From Candidatus Staskawiczbacteria bacterium (GTDB taxonomy: Bacteria > Patescibacteriota > Minisyncoccia > Minisyncoccales > Staskawiczbacteraceae): DNA of 64,000 nucleotides. A model generated the notes under the pieces. It was not told the DNA's origin. It was given only the letters and a program-made list of their open reading frames with translations, and did no database searches. Positions within the stretch are counted from its first letter, which is position 1. Every line of letters begins with the position of its first letter. The translations under genes and the position numbers were made by a program. The stretch lies in assembly GCA_041661545.1 (NCBI GenBank), contig JBAZUH010000001.1, positions 544,148-608,147 on the forward strand, written 5' to 3'. Shown piece by piece: positions 35,511 to 44,187 of this stretch.

Positions 35511-35722
35511 CTGGTGTTAAAAAGTATAATAAATTTATAGATACAAAAGTTTAACTCTAATTTATATATATTAATCCATTAATTAATACACACCTTTTTC
35601 ACAAAAATATTTTAGACTAAAAAATAATTATTTAAGACTATTTATTTTTTAAAAAAAGAGAAAATTAAAGACACTAATAACAATAAGTTTAATTAATATA
35701 TAATTAAATTATTAATAATAAA
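35511..35722. other. Extremely AT-rich dnaA-dnaN spacer with degenerate DnaA boxes (candidate oriC / unwinding region)
   Basis: AGTGGATAA at 35502-35510 (8/9 match, reverse orientation) and TTTTTCACA at 35595-35603 (7/9 match). Long A/T-only runs. Confidence 0.45.
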
Positions 35723-36853
35723 ATGAAAGTAGAAATATTAAAAGAAAATTTAAAAAATGGATTAAGCGTTGTTGAAAAAATTGTTGGTAAAAATTCTTCT
35801 TTACCAATTTTAGACAATGTTTTAATAGACACAGAAGACAATTTTTTAAGTTTAAGCTCAACAGATTTAGAAACTGCCGTAAAATTATGGATATTAACTA
35901 AAATAGTAAAAAAGGGTAAAGTGGTTATTCCAGCTAAATTTTTTTCAAATTTTGTTTCTTTATTACCTAATGAAAAAGTCACATTAGAAGAAAGTGGCCA
36001 GGGTTTAAAAATAGAGTGTAAAAGTTTTAAAAATCATATACAGGGATTTAATCCAGAAGAATTTCCCTTAATACCAGAATTCAAAAATGAAGAATTTTTG
36101 GAAGTAAATAATAATAAGTTTTGCCAAGGTTTAGCTCAAATAGTTGATATTGCTTCGCCTTCTCAATCTAGGCCAGAAATAGCAGGTATTTATTTTATTT
36201 TTTCAAAAAATTATATTAAAATTGTAGCCACAGATAGTTTTAGATTAGCTGAGAAAAATATAGTTTTAGAAGATTCAATTAAAAGAGATATATCTTTTAT
36301 TCTTCCACAAAAACCAGCAAGAGAATTAATTAATATTTTAAGTGAAAAGGAGGGGAATATAAAAATGTATTTTTCTTCTAGTCAGGCAATGTTTGAACTT
36401 CCTATGAAAGATTCACCTCGTCCACAAATGCAAATTATTTCTAGACTAATAGAGGGCGAATACCCAAACTATGAAGAAATTATTCCCAAAAAATTTAAAA
36501 CACACGTTGTTATCAAAAGAGATGAGTTTTTAAATCAAATTAAAGCAGCTTCTTTATTCTCTGGTAAAGTTAATGAAATAAAAATAAAAATAATTCCCCA
36601 AAATAAAGAAATAGAAATATCTGCTCAAGATGCAGATATAGGAGAAAGTAAATCTACTATATCTGCAAAAATTGAAGGAGAAGAAATGGAAGCGTCGTTC
36701 AATTATAAGTTTTTATCAGATGGATTGTTAAACATAAAAAGCTCAGAAGTAACATTTGATTTAAGTAAAGAAGATGGTCCTTGTATATTAAAACCAGTGG
36801 GAGATAATAGTTATATTTATGTTGTTATGCCCATTAAGTCTACACAAATTTAA
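35723..36853 (+). CDS. dnaN: DNA polymerase III beta sliding clamp
   Basis: 376 aa, three-domain length, synteny after dnaA, ATDSFRLAE motif. Confidence 0.95.
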   Translation: MKVEILKENLKNGLSVVEKIVGKNSSLPILDNVLIDTEDNFLSLSSTDLETAVKLWILTKIVKKGKVVIPAKFFSNFVSLLPNEKVTLEESGQGLKIECKSFKNHIQGFNPEEFPLIPEFKNEEFLEVNNNKFCQGLAQIVDIASPSQSRPEIAGIYFIFSKNYIKIVATDSFRLAEKNIVLEDSIKRDISFILPQKPARELINILSEKEGNIKMYFSSSQAMFELPMKDSPRPQMQIISRLIEGEYPNYEEIIPKKFKTHVVIKRDEFLNQIKAASLFSGKVNEIKIKIIPQNKEIEISAQDADIGESKSTISAKIEGEEMEASFNYKFLSDGLLNIKSSEVTFDLSKEDGPCILKPVGDNSYIYVVMPIKSTQI

Positions 36854-36855
36854 AA

Positions 36856-36887
36856 CAAAAAACACTCCCTATTTTGGGAGTGTTTTT
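36856..36887. terminator. Bidirectional terminator (dnaN / PBP1A)
   Basis: AAAAAACACTCCC-TATTTT-GGGAGTGTTTTTT. Confidence 0.8.
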
Positions 36888-36891
36888 TGTT

Positions 36892-39075
36892 TTATGATTC
36901 ATCCATATTAATAGTTTCGTCTATTGGAGGAAGTGTTTCATCTACAGGGGGTAGTGTTTTAAATAGCCAATTATTTATGCCTGTTTGCCATAAATTATAT
37001 TGTGGATCATTGTAGGGATTTTGAGGCGGGGAACCTAATGGGTCACTTTTATTAACATAATATAAAATAGTATTAGTGTCTCCTGCGGGTAATTGTCCTA
37101 GTAATGCAGAACTTCTATTTTTTATAGCATCTGGTGCAATAAAATTTTCAACAGGAAGTAATGAGATAGATTTTTTCATAACTTTATTCCATATGGGGCC
37201 AGCAACGCCCGCTCCACTGTCTCTCATTGGTTTATTATTGTTATTTCCAGTCCATACACCTATTGCAACAGAGGGGGTATATCCCATTGTCCATCCATCA
37301 ACATATCTTTCAGTCGTTCCAGTTTTAGCTGCTACTTGATACCCCGGTATATGTAATTGAGAATTAGCTCCAAAAATAGAAATTCGGGCGTTGTTGTCAG
37401 ATAATACGCTATTAATTTGGCGGGCTATTTGAGTATCTAAAACTTTTGTTGATTGTTGTTTATTTTCTTCTATAATATTTCCTTGTGCATCTGTTATTTT
37501 TAATATACTTACAGGAGGTATATAATTTCCTTCGGTTGCAAAAACTCCATAAGCAGATGTCATTTCTAATAAATTAACATCTCCTCCTCCTAAAACTAAT
37601 GACAATCCGTAATCTTCAGTTTTTGTTAGAGTTGTTATGCCTAGGGCTTTAGCTGTTTTTAGTGTGTCTTTTACTCCAGCTAAATAAAGAACTTTTACTG
37701 CAGGAATGTTTAAAGAAGATCCAAGCGCTGTTCTAAGAGTTACAGGCCCTCTATTTCCTCCATCATAATCTTGGGGGTTATAACATTTACTGCCGTCTCG
37801 TCCTTTTTGACTGTCTCCACTTGGGTCGCAGGCAGGATTAAATTCAGTTTTAACATCCCATAATATAGTGCTAGGAGTATAACCTTTTTCAAAAGCAGTT
37901 ATATATGCAAATGGCTTAAAAGAAGAGCCTGGTTGCCTATGACCCATTGTGGCTACATCATATTTGGGTTCAAAATAACAACTTCCTGGGCCTTTATCAT
38001 CACATCCTTCGGGGTATGATGGAGCAAAGTAATCTTTAGACCCTATCAAAGCCAAAATTTGACCTGTTTTAGGGTCTAAAACTACCATAGCAGTATTATA
38101 TGCTCCCTTGGCTATATTGTTGCTGTCAGCCTCTTTTATTACTTGTTCAGCATATTCTTGAATTTCCCAATTTAAAGATGTATAAACTCGTAAACCTTTT
38201 TCCTTTAAATAGTCGCCACCATATTTTTCATCTAAATATTTTTTAACATACAACACAAAATCAGGAGCTTTTATAGATTTTGAATTCTTAGCAAAAACCA
38301 GTTTTTCGTCTTTTGCTGTAAGCAATTGTTCATCATTAATATATCCTAATTTTTTCATTCTATCTAAAACTAAATCTTTTCTTTGTAATAGCTCGGCTTT
38401 ATTAGGACCATAAGGAGAATAATAACTTGGTGCTGGTATCATTGCAGCTAGTGCCGCTGCTTCGGCTAAAGTTAGATCGTAAGCTGATTTATTAAAATGA
38501 GTTTGGCTGGCAGCCTCTGCTCCATAAGCATTTTCTCCAAAAGGTATTGCATTTAAATACCAATCAAAGATTTGGTCTTTAGAATATTTACCTTCAAGCT
38601 GTATGCTCAAAACAATTTCTTTGACTTTTCTGGATATACTTTTTTGGTTTGTAAGATATACAGACCTAATAAGTTGTTGAGTTAAAGTAGATCCGCCCTG
38701 TTTTTTTGATTGATGTGTTACATCAACCCATATAGCTCTTGCTATACCTTCTAAATCTATTGCTCCATGTTGATAAAATCTAGAATCTTCCGATGCTAAA
38801 ACAGCTTGTTTTAAATTATTAGAAATTTTATCAAAAGAAACAATTTCTCTTTTTTCTTCGCCATAAATATCATAAAGTATAACCTTGCCAGTGCTGTCGT
38901 AAATTTTAGTTGATTGTATAAAAGGAGTTTCTGTAAATTTTTCTGGTTGGGGGAGATTCCAGGTGTAATAGATAAACAAAACAAAAAGAAGGCCACATCC
39001 TATAAGAAATAAAAAGCCCAGATATTTCCATAAGACTGGTAAAGATTTTTTATTAAAAATATTAAATTTTTTCAT
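36892..39075 (-). CDS. Bifunctional penicillin-binding protein 1A (glycosyltransferase + transpeptidase)
   Basis: 727 aa with GT51 motifs EDSRFYQHGAID and GGSTLTQQL, plus transpeptidase motifs SSFKP and KTGTT. Confidence 0.9.
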   Translation of the reverse strand: MKKFNIFNKKSLPVLWKYLGFLFLIGCGLLFVLFIYYTWNLPQPEKFTETPFIQSTKIYDSTGKVILYDIYGEEKREIVSFDKISNNLKQAVLASEDSRFYQHGAIDLEGIARAIWVDVTHQSKKQGGSTLTQQLIRSVYLTNQKSISRKVKEIVLSIQLEGKYSKDQIFDWYLNAIPFGENAYGAEAASQTHFNKSAYDLTLAEAAALAAMIPAPSYYSPYGPNKAELLQRKDLVLDRMKKLGYINDEQLLTAKDEKLVFAKNSKSIKAPDFVLYVKKYLDEKYGGDYLKEKGLRVYTSLNWEIQEYAEQVIKEADSNNIAKGAYNTAMVVLDPKTGQILALIGSKDYFAPSYPEGCDDKGPGSCYFEPKYDVATMGHRQPGSSFKPFAYITAFEKGYTPSTILWDVKTEFNPACDPSGDSQKGRDGSKCYNPQDYDGGNRGPVTLRTALGSSLNIPAVKVLYLAGVKDTLKTAKALGITTLTKTEDYGLSLVLGGGDVNLLEMTSAYGVFATEGNYIPPVSILKITDAQGNIIEENKQQSTKVLDTQIARQINSVLSDNNARISIFGANSQLHIPGYQVAAKTGTTERYVDGWTMGYTPSVAIGVWTGNNNNKPMRDSGAGVAGPIWNKVMKKSISLLPVENFIAPDAIKNRSSALLGQLPAGDTNTILYYVNKSDPLGSPPQNPYNDPQYNLWQTGINNWLFKTLPPVDETLPPIDETINMDES

Positions 39076-39151
39076 TTTTTATTAAAAATATTAAATTGAG
39101 ATTTATGTATTATACATCTATTGGCTATTTTATAAAAGTGTTTATAGAAAT

Positions 39152-39189
39152 AAAAACTCCACCTATTAAATAGGGGAGTGGAGTTTTTA
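39152..39189 (-). terminator. Terminator after the acidic small ORF
   Basis: AACTCCACCTATT-AA-ATAGG(GGA)GTGGAGTT with flanking A/T runs. Confidence 0.6.
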
Positions 39190-39199
39190 TTTAAAATTT

Positions 39200-39382
39200 T
39201 TATTCTTCTTCTGGCGTAGAAATCTCTTCGCCTTCCTCATCCTCTTCTTCGTCTTCATCTAAGTCTAAATCATCATCTGCATCATCGTCTTTTGATGAAT
39301 CATCCGATGATCCATCATCCCAATTAGTATCTTCAAAGTCATCATCCTCACTTATTAATTTGCTTAAAAATTCCTCTTCCAT
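39200..39382 (-). CDS. Hyper-acidic 60-aa protein
   Basis: MEEEFLSKLISEDDDFEDTNWDDGSSDDSSKDDDADDDLDLDEDEEEDEEGEEISTPEEE. Has its own terminator. Confidence 0.45.
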   Translation of the reverse strand: MEEEFLSKLISEDDDFEDTNWDDGSSDDSSKDDDADDDLDLDEDEEEDEEGEEISTPEEE

Positions 39383-39470
39383 TTTTTTATTTTTTAATAT
39401 TATTTATTATTATATTTTATCTATTATATTTTTTCATGAATTATTGTCAAGTATATTTTCTCCACACACG

Positions 39471-39974
39471 CTAATAATTTTTTAACGCAGCGCAGATTGC
39501 CAAGCCTATAGCATCAAAAGCATCATCTTTTTTTCGATTATTCTTTGATAAATCAAAATTTTCTATATTAACAGTTTTTTTTATCATTTTCTGAACTTGT
39601 TTCTTTTCGGCTCTACCATATCCTGCAATAGCCATTTTCATTTGTAAAGGAGTAAATTCGCAAACACGTAATTTTTTTTCTGCTGCTGCTAATAAAATAA
39701 CTCCTTTAGTTTGGCTTACAGGTATTATAGTTTTAAGATTTTTAAAAAAGAAAAGCCTTTCTATAGACATTACATTGGGGCGATATTTTTCTATTAACTT
39801 AGTTATTTCTTTATGTGTTTGTTTTAAGCCCTCGCCAGTTGTAGAAAATTTATCAGTTATTATGCATCCAAAGTCAATAACATCTAATGACCCAGAGGGT
39901 GCCCCGGCGGTGTTTTTTTTGATAATTGCATATCCTGTAATTACAGAGCCAGGGTCTACTCCGATGATTATCAT
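39471..39974 (-). CDS. ruvC: Holliday junction resolvase RuvC
   Basis: 167 aa with IIGVDPGSVITGYA and DAFDAIGLAI. Confidence 0.9.
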   Translation of the reverse strand: MIIIGVDPGSVITGYAIIKKNTAGAPSGSLDVIDFGCIITDKFSTTGEGLKQTHKEITKLIEKYRPNVMSIERLFFFKNLKTIIPVSQTKGVILLAAAEKKLRVCEFTPLQMKMAIAGYGRAEKKQVQKMIKKTVNIENFDLSKNNRKKDDAFDAIGLAICAALKNY

Positions 39975-39980
39975 AAGAGA

Positions 39981-40709
39981 TTATGAGTTTTTAATGTTTG
40001 AGTAAATATCGTTTACCGCATCATTTTCATCTAAAGCTTCAAAAAGTTTTTCAGCTTGTTCTTTTTCTTTTTCAGACAACTCTACTTCTTCTTTGGCAAC
40101 AAAATCTATAGAAGAAGATTCAATTTTGATTTGCTTTTCTTCTAAAGCTTTTTTTACAGTTTCTAAATCTTCTGGTTTTGTATAAATATCTAAATTATTC
40201 TCGCGTACAGAAACATCATCTGCACCCAGCTCTATGGCAAGTAGTTCCAATTCTTCCTTTGGTTTGTCTTCTATATTTATGGTTATAGATCCTTTTCTTT
40301 CAAACATCCATCTAACTGCGCCCTCTCCCGCCATTTTGCCATTGTTTTGATTTAAAATAGATTTTATTTCGCTTAAGGTTCTATTTGTATTATCAGAAAT
40401 ACCATTAATTATTAAAGCAATTCCTCCTGGGCCAAACCCCTCGTAAGAAACTTCTTCTAGTGCTTCGCCAGCTAATTCTCCAGTACCTTTTTTAATAGCC
40501 CTTTCAATATTTTCTTTAGGCATATTAACTTTTTTGGCCTGCTCTATTATAGCTTTAAGCTTTGAATTTTTTAAAGGATCTCCAGAACCTCCTCCATCTT
40601 TTACGGCAATAGTAATTAATCTTCCATATTTAGAGTATATTTTGCCTTTTTTAGCGTCGTTAGCCATTTTTGTGGCCATAACGGTTTTCGCATGACTATG
40701 TCCTGACAT
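39981..40709 (-). CDS. yebC: YebC/PmpR-family transcriptional regulator
   Basis: 242 aa with MSGHSHAKTV..K.A.DAKKGKIY. Confidence 0.9.
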   Translation of the reverse strand: MSGHSHAKTVMATKMANDAKKGKIYSKYGRLITIAVKDGGGSGDPLKNSKLKAIIEQAKKVNMPKENIERAIKKGTGELAGEALEEVSYEGFGPGGIALIINGISDNTNRTLSEIKSILNQNNGKMAGEGAVRWMFERKGSITINIEDKPKEELELLAIELGADDVSVRENNLDIYTKPEDLETVKKALEEKQIKIESSSIDFVAKEEVELSEKEKEQAEKLFEALDENDAVNDIYSNIKNS

Positions 40710-40724
40710 GTTTGTGTTTGAGAA

Positions 40725-41687
40725 TTAGTCGTCAAATGTTGTTTCTTTTTTTCTTCCTAATCTCAATTTAATGAATAATGTAATTATTGCTAATATTATA
40801 GTTATTATTAAAACTATAAAAAATAAAAACCAAGGGCTTTTTATATTTTTATGTTGATCTGTTGCCAAGCTTTGGCTAATATCTGCTAACCCTATGGTTG
40901 CTAAGTCATTATTAGCAGAATTTTTTGTTTTTGACAAGGTTGTTGCGCCCGTGATAATGTTTTGAGCGCCAGGAGTTAGTGTTTTACTAAATGTCCAGCC
41001 ATTATTTGTTTTATTATATGATTGGCCCGTAGAAGCTTTTGGATATGAAGCAGAGTCTACGATATTCCCATCAGGAGATAATAAATTTATACCATCAGTG
41101 TCATTATTTAACATTATTTTAGTCTCGGGTCTTTTAAAAACTAAAAAGCTGTTTGCCAAAATATTTGTATCTTTAGGAATAGTAAAAGTTTTTGGAGACC
41201 CTTGAGTGTCTTGAATTTGCCAACCTGATAAATCAACATTAAAATTATTAGAATTATATAACTCTATCCATTCATCGATGTCATCAGCACCTTTAGGGCT
41301 AGGTAAAAGTTCATTTATATATATACCGTCAGAGTATGTTGTTGGAGACGGGGTAGGAGTAGGAGCTTCTTCGGATATCGCTGTTTGAGTGTTTGCTTGG
41401 CTCGCTGCAGCCTCGGTGGAGGTGGCGCAACTAACACAGGCAAATCCCTGGTCTTTTATTTTTTGTAAAGTTGAATCACCAATTCCTTTAACTCTGTTTA
41501 AATCGTCAACTGAAGAAAATGGTCGCGCATCTATTATGGCCTGTGCTTTTACTGGGCCTATTCCCGCTAGTTCGTCTAACTGCGATAACGAGGCATTGTT
41601 TATATCTATACTTATAGCTAAAATGTCAGCCACTTGTAGGCAAAAAAATAATATAAAAAATAATAAAAGTGTATATTTTTTAAACAT
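40725..41687 (-). CDS. ComEA-like HhH DNA-binding domain fused to a lamin-tail-like domain, membrane anchored
   Basis: 320 aa. LDELAGIGPVKAQAIIDARPF..LNRVKGIGDSTLQKI (HhH x2). INELLPSPKG..DEWIELYN..LSGWQIQD (LTD-like). C-terminal TM helix. Confidence 0.7.
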   Translation of the reverse strand: MFKKYTLLLFFILFFCLQVADILAISIDINNASLSQLDELAGIGPVKAQAIIDARPFSSVDDLNRVKGIGDSTLQKIKDQGFACVSCATSTEAAASQANTQTAISEEAPTPTPSPTTYSDGIYINELLPSPKGADDIDEWIELYNSNNFNVDLSGWQIQDTQGSPKTFTIPKDTNILANSFLVFKRPETKIMLNNDTDGINLLSPDGNIVDSASYPKASTGQSYNKTNNGWTFSKTLTPGAQNIITGATTLSKTKNSANNDLATIGLADISQSLATDQHKNIKSPWFLFFIVLIITIILAIITLFIKLRLGRKKETTFDD

Positions 41688-41778
41688 TATTGTATTTTAC
41701 AATAAAAAGAGTATATTTAAAATCACCTAAGGTAATTATAAACAAAATATAACAATTATTAAACTAATAAATAATAAT

Positions 41779-42453
41779 ATGAGTAAAAAGCAATTACTGT
41801 TCGCAATAATATTTACTATTTTAGGGCTTTTAGCCTTTCAGATTTCTGTTAGTCAAATTATAGGGTCTGCTCAAAAATTCACTTTATTTGAATTGTTGGG
41901 GCCCATTGGTGGCATGTTTTTAGGTCCAATTTTAGGAGCGGCATCTGTTTTCTTTGTTAGAGCTTTTAATATATTATTTTTTAATCAACCGGTAGATTTT
42001 TTAACAGTTATAAGATTTTTGCCAATGATGGCCGCCGCTGTTTATTTTGGATTAAAAACGAAAAAAACAGCAATTATATTTCCAATATGTATTGCGTTGT
42101 TTTTATTAAATCCAATAGGCAGGCAGGCATGGATGTATTCAGCAATTTGGTTAATTCCTTTTGTAGCTACATTTTTTAAGAAAAAATTAATTTTAAATAG
42201 CTTGGGGGCTACTTTTACAGCGCATGCTATTGGTTCTGTTATTTTTCTTTATTCCTTTGGATTAACTCCAGCAATTTGGATTTCTCTAATTCCCGTTGTA
42301 TTTATAGAAAGAGGATTTTTTACAATAGGAATTTGGTTTAGTTGTTTGGTATTTAATACTGCACTAGATAAACTTACAAATTTTAAATTTGCTTCGGCTT
42401 TAAAACCACTTGTTAAGCCAGAGCTACTTTTTAATGCTAGTAAAAGCAATTAA
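41779..42453 (+). CDS. Polytopic membrane protein, unknown function
   Basis: 224 aa, about 6 TM helices. Confidence 0.5.
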   Translation: MSKKQLLFAIIFTILGLLAFQISVSQIIGSAQKFTLFELLGPIGGMFLGPILGAASVFFVRAFNILFFNQPVDFLTVIRFLPMMAAAVYFGLKTKKTAIIFPICIALFLLNPIGRQAWMYSAIWLIPFVATFFKKKLILNSLGATFTAHAIGSVIFLYSFGLTPAIWISLIPVVFIERGFFTIGIWFSCLVFNTALDKLTNFKFASALKPLVKPELLFNASKSN

Positions 42454-43207
42454 AACACGTCCATTAGTTCCTCCACAAGATAATTTGCTATCTGTTATAA
42501 AGCAAAGCTTTTTAAAATATAAACTAAAAGAAGGGTCTATAATAGTAATTACCTCTAAGGTGGTATCTATCTGGCGCGGAGATTGCATTAAGATAAGCCA
42601 GATAAAAGATAAAGATAGCCTGATAAAGAAAGAAGCTAACTTATATATTGCTAGAAAAAAGGTTTCAAAAGACTGTTCTGTAATGCTAACAATTAAAAAC
42701 AATATTTTAATTCCAACGTCGGGCATAGATGAAAGCAATGCCAATGGGCATTATATTTTGTGGCCCAAAAATCCATTTGGCGATGCTAAAGAAATTTATA
42801 ATTTTATAAAAAAAGAATTTAAATTAAAAAATTTTGGTGTAATAATTTCTGATAGTCATACTACTCCATTAAGAACAGGAATTATAGGAATTGGAATTGC
42901 TTATTATGGGTTTTATCCTTTAAGAGATTATAGAAACAAAAAAGATATTTTTGGCAGAAAATTAAAAATGTCTCAAACAAATATTGTTGATTCTTTGGCT
43001 GTTAGTGCGGTTTACGAAATGGGGGAGGGTGCCGAGCAAACTCCAATTGCCGTTATTGAAAGCCCCGGCAATATAAAATTTGAAACCAAGAGTTACAAAA
43101 AAGACACATTATTAATTAGTATTGATGAAGATATCTATTCGCCATTTTTAAAAAGTGTAAAATGGCAAACCCTTCGACGTGACTCAGGGCGTGCAGACAA
43201 AAAATAG
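42434..43207 (+). CDS. CofE-like gamma-glutamyl ligase family protein
   Basis: Start taken at MLVKAIKT. Motifs GIDESNA, ISDSHTTPLRTG and GEGAEQTPIAVI. GC-rich 3' tail (QTLRRDSGRADKK). Confidence 0.72.
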   Translation: MLVKAIKTRPLVPPQDNLLSVIKQSFLKYKLKEGSIIVITSKVVSIWRGDCIKISQIKDKDSLIKKEANLYIARKKVSKDCSVMLTIKNNILIPTSGIDESNANGHYILWPKNPFGDAKEIYNFIKKEFKLKNFGVIISDSHTTPLRTGIIGIGIAYYGFYPLRDYRNKKDIFGRKLKMSQTNIVDSLAVSAVYEMGEGAEQTPIAVIESPGNIKFETKSYKKDTLLISIDEDIYSPFLKSVKWQTLRRDSGRADKK

Positions 43208-43208
43208 C

Positions 43209-43238
43209 TTGACAGTAGCTACTAGGGGGGGGTAAACT
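43209..43238 (+). promoter_or_regulatory. TTGACA / G-run / TAAACT promoter module (copy 1)
   Basis: TTGACA, 18 nt ending in GGGGGGGG, then TAAACT. Shares about 40 nt with 49177-49238. Confidence 0.5.
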
Positions 43239-43266
43239 AAAATAAAAATAATTAAATATAAAATAT

Positions 43267-44145
43267 ATGGTAAAATCAGAATTAAAAGAAAATCAAGAAA
43301 TAAAAGGGAGTGAAACATATAAACAGCTCGACATAGAAGGTCGCCTTAAACTTCTTGCTGAGCCACCAGAAAATAGGGAGAATTTTCCTGCTATAGACCA
43401 ACAAATCGAAAAATTTGATGAAGCGCATATGGATACGGTGACCAAGCCGCAGACTGAGAAATTTAGAAAAGCCGGTATGCCAGAAAAGGAGGTAGAACAG
43501 CAGCATGCTAATCATAAACAATGGCTAGCTGAGCAAAAAACTAATTTGGAAATGAATTTAACAAATTGTTTAACTAGAGCTCTAGAATTTATGGAAAATA
43601 ATAGATTTTTGGCTAGACCTACAGATAAAACTATTGATCGCTTAACGGGTAGAGAAAATGCTCTTGGAGATCTTAACTCGGTTAAAGGAGCTGACGTTCT
43701 AGAACAAATTCAACAAGCGAGTGAAGGCTTGGTAATTGGAGATATTAGAAAGGGTCTAGAAGGGGGTGATATGCGTGCAGCAAAGATGGCTTTGATATAT
43801 GCTATATCAGGTCTTGAAGTGAATATGCATAGGCTATATGGGATACGGGGCAAGAAAGAAGAAGAAAGTGCTGTAGCTGACATATCTGAAGCCAGGGATC
43901 CAGGACGATTTGAAGCTAAACGAGAAAGAAGCCACGATATGAACGAATTATCAGAAAGAGCGCGATATCTTTCTGCAATAAAGAAACAATATGAAGATTT
44001 ACTTTTTTCTATATCGCAATTGACTGGAGATAAGAGGTCGTTTGATGATCATGCTAAGTTAACAAAAGAAATATCCCCAGATTATGAGGAAAGATCAAAA
44101 GAAGCAATTATTCAAATTATTGATGGCGCCAAGCCAAAGGGATAG
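43267..44145 (+). CDS. Hypothetical soluble protein (orphan)
   Basis: 292 aa, charged and helical, no recognised motif. G+C somewhat above background. Confidence 0.5.
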   Translation: MVKSELKENQEIKGSETYKQLDIEGRLKLLAEPPENRENFPAIDQQIEKFDEAHMDTVTKPQTEKFRKAGMPEKEVEQQHANHKQWLAEQKTNLEMNLTNCLTRALEFMENNRFLARPTDKTIDRLTGRENALGDLNSVKGADVLEQIQQASEGLVIGDIRKGLEGGDMRAAKMALIYAISGLEVNMHRLYGIRGKKEEESAVADISEARDPGRFEAKRERSHDMNELSERARYLSAIKKQYEDLLFSISQLTGDKRSFDDHAKLTKEISPDYEERSKEAIIQIIDGAKPKG

Positions 44146-44156
44146 TTGAAAAATAA

Positions 44157-44180
44157 AAAATCACTCAATTGAGTGATTTT
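44157..44180. terminator. Bidirectional terminator
   Basis: AAAATCACTCAATTGAGTGATTTT (perfect palindrome). Confidence 0.8.
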
Positions 44181-44187
44181 TATTTAG

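Noticed and set aside
43895-43907. Other GGATCC sites (43899 and 30536) as extra copies of the double-hairpin element.
   Set aside because: Their flanks lack the TCCCGCC/GGCGGGA hairpin arms. They are ordinary hexamer occurrences.
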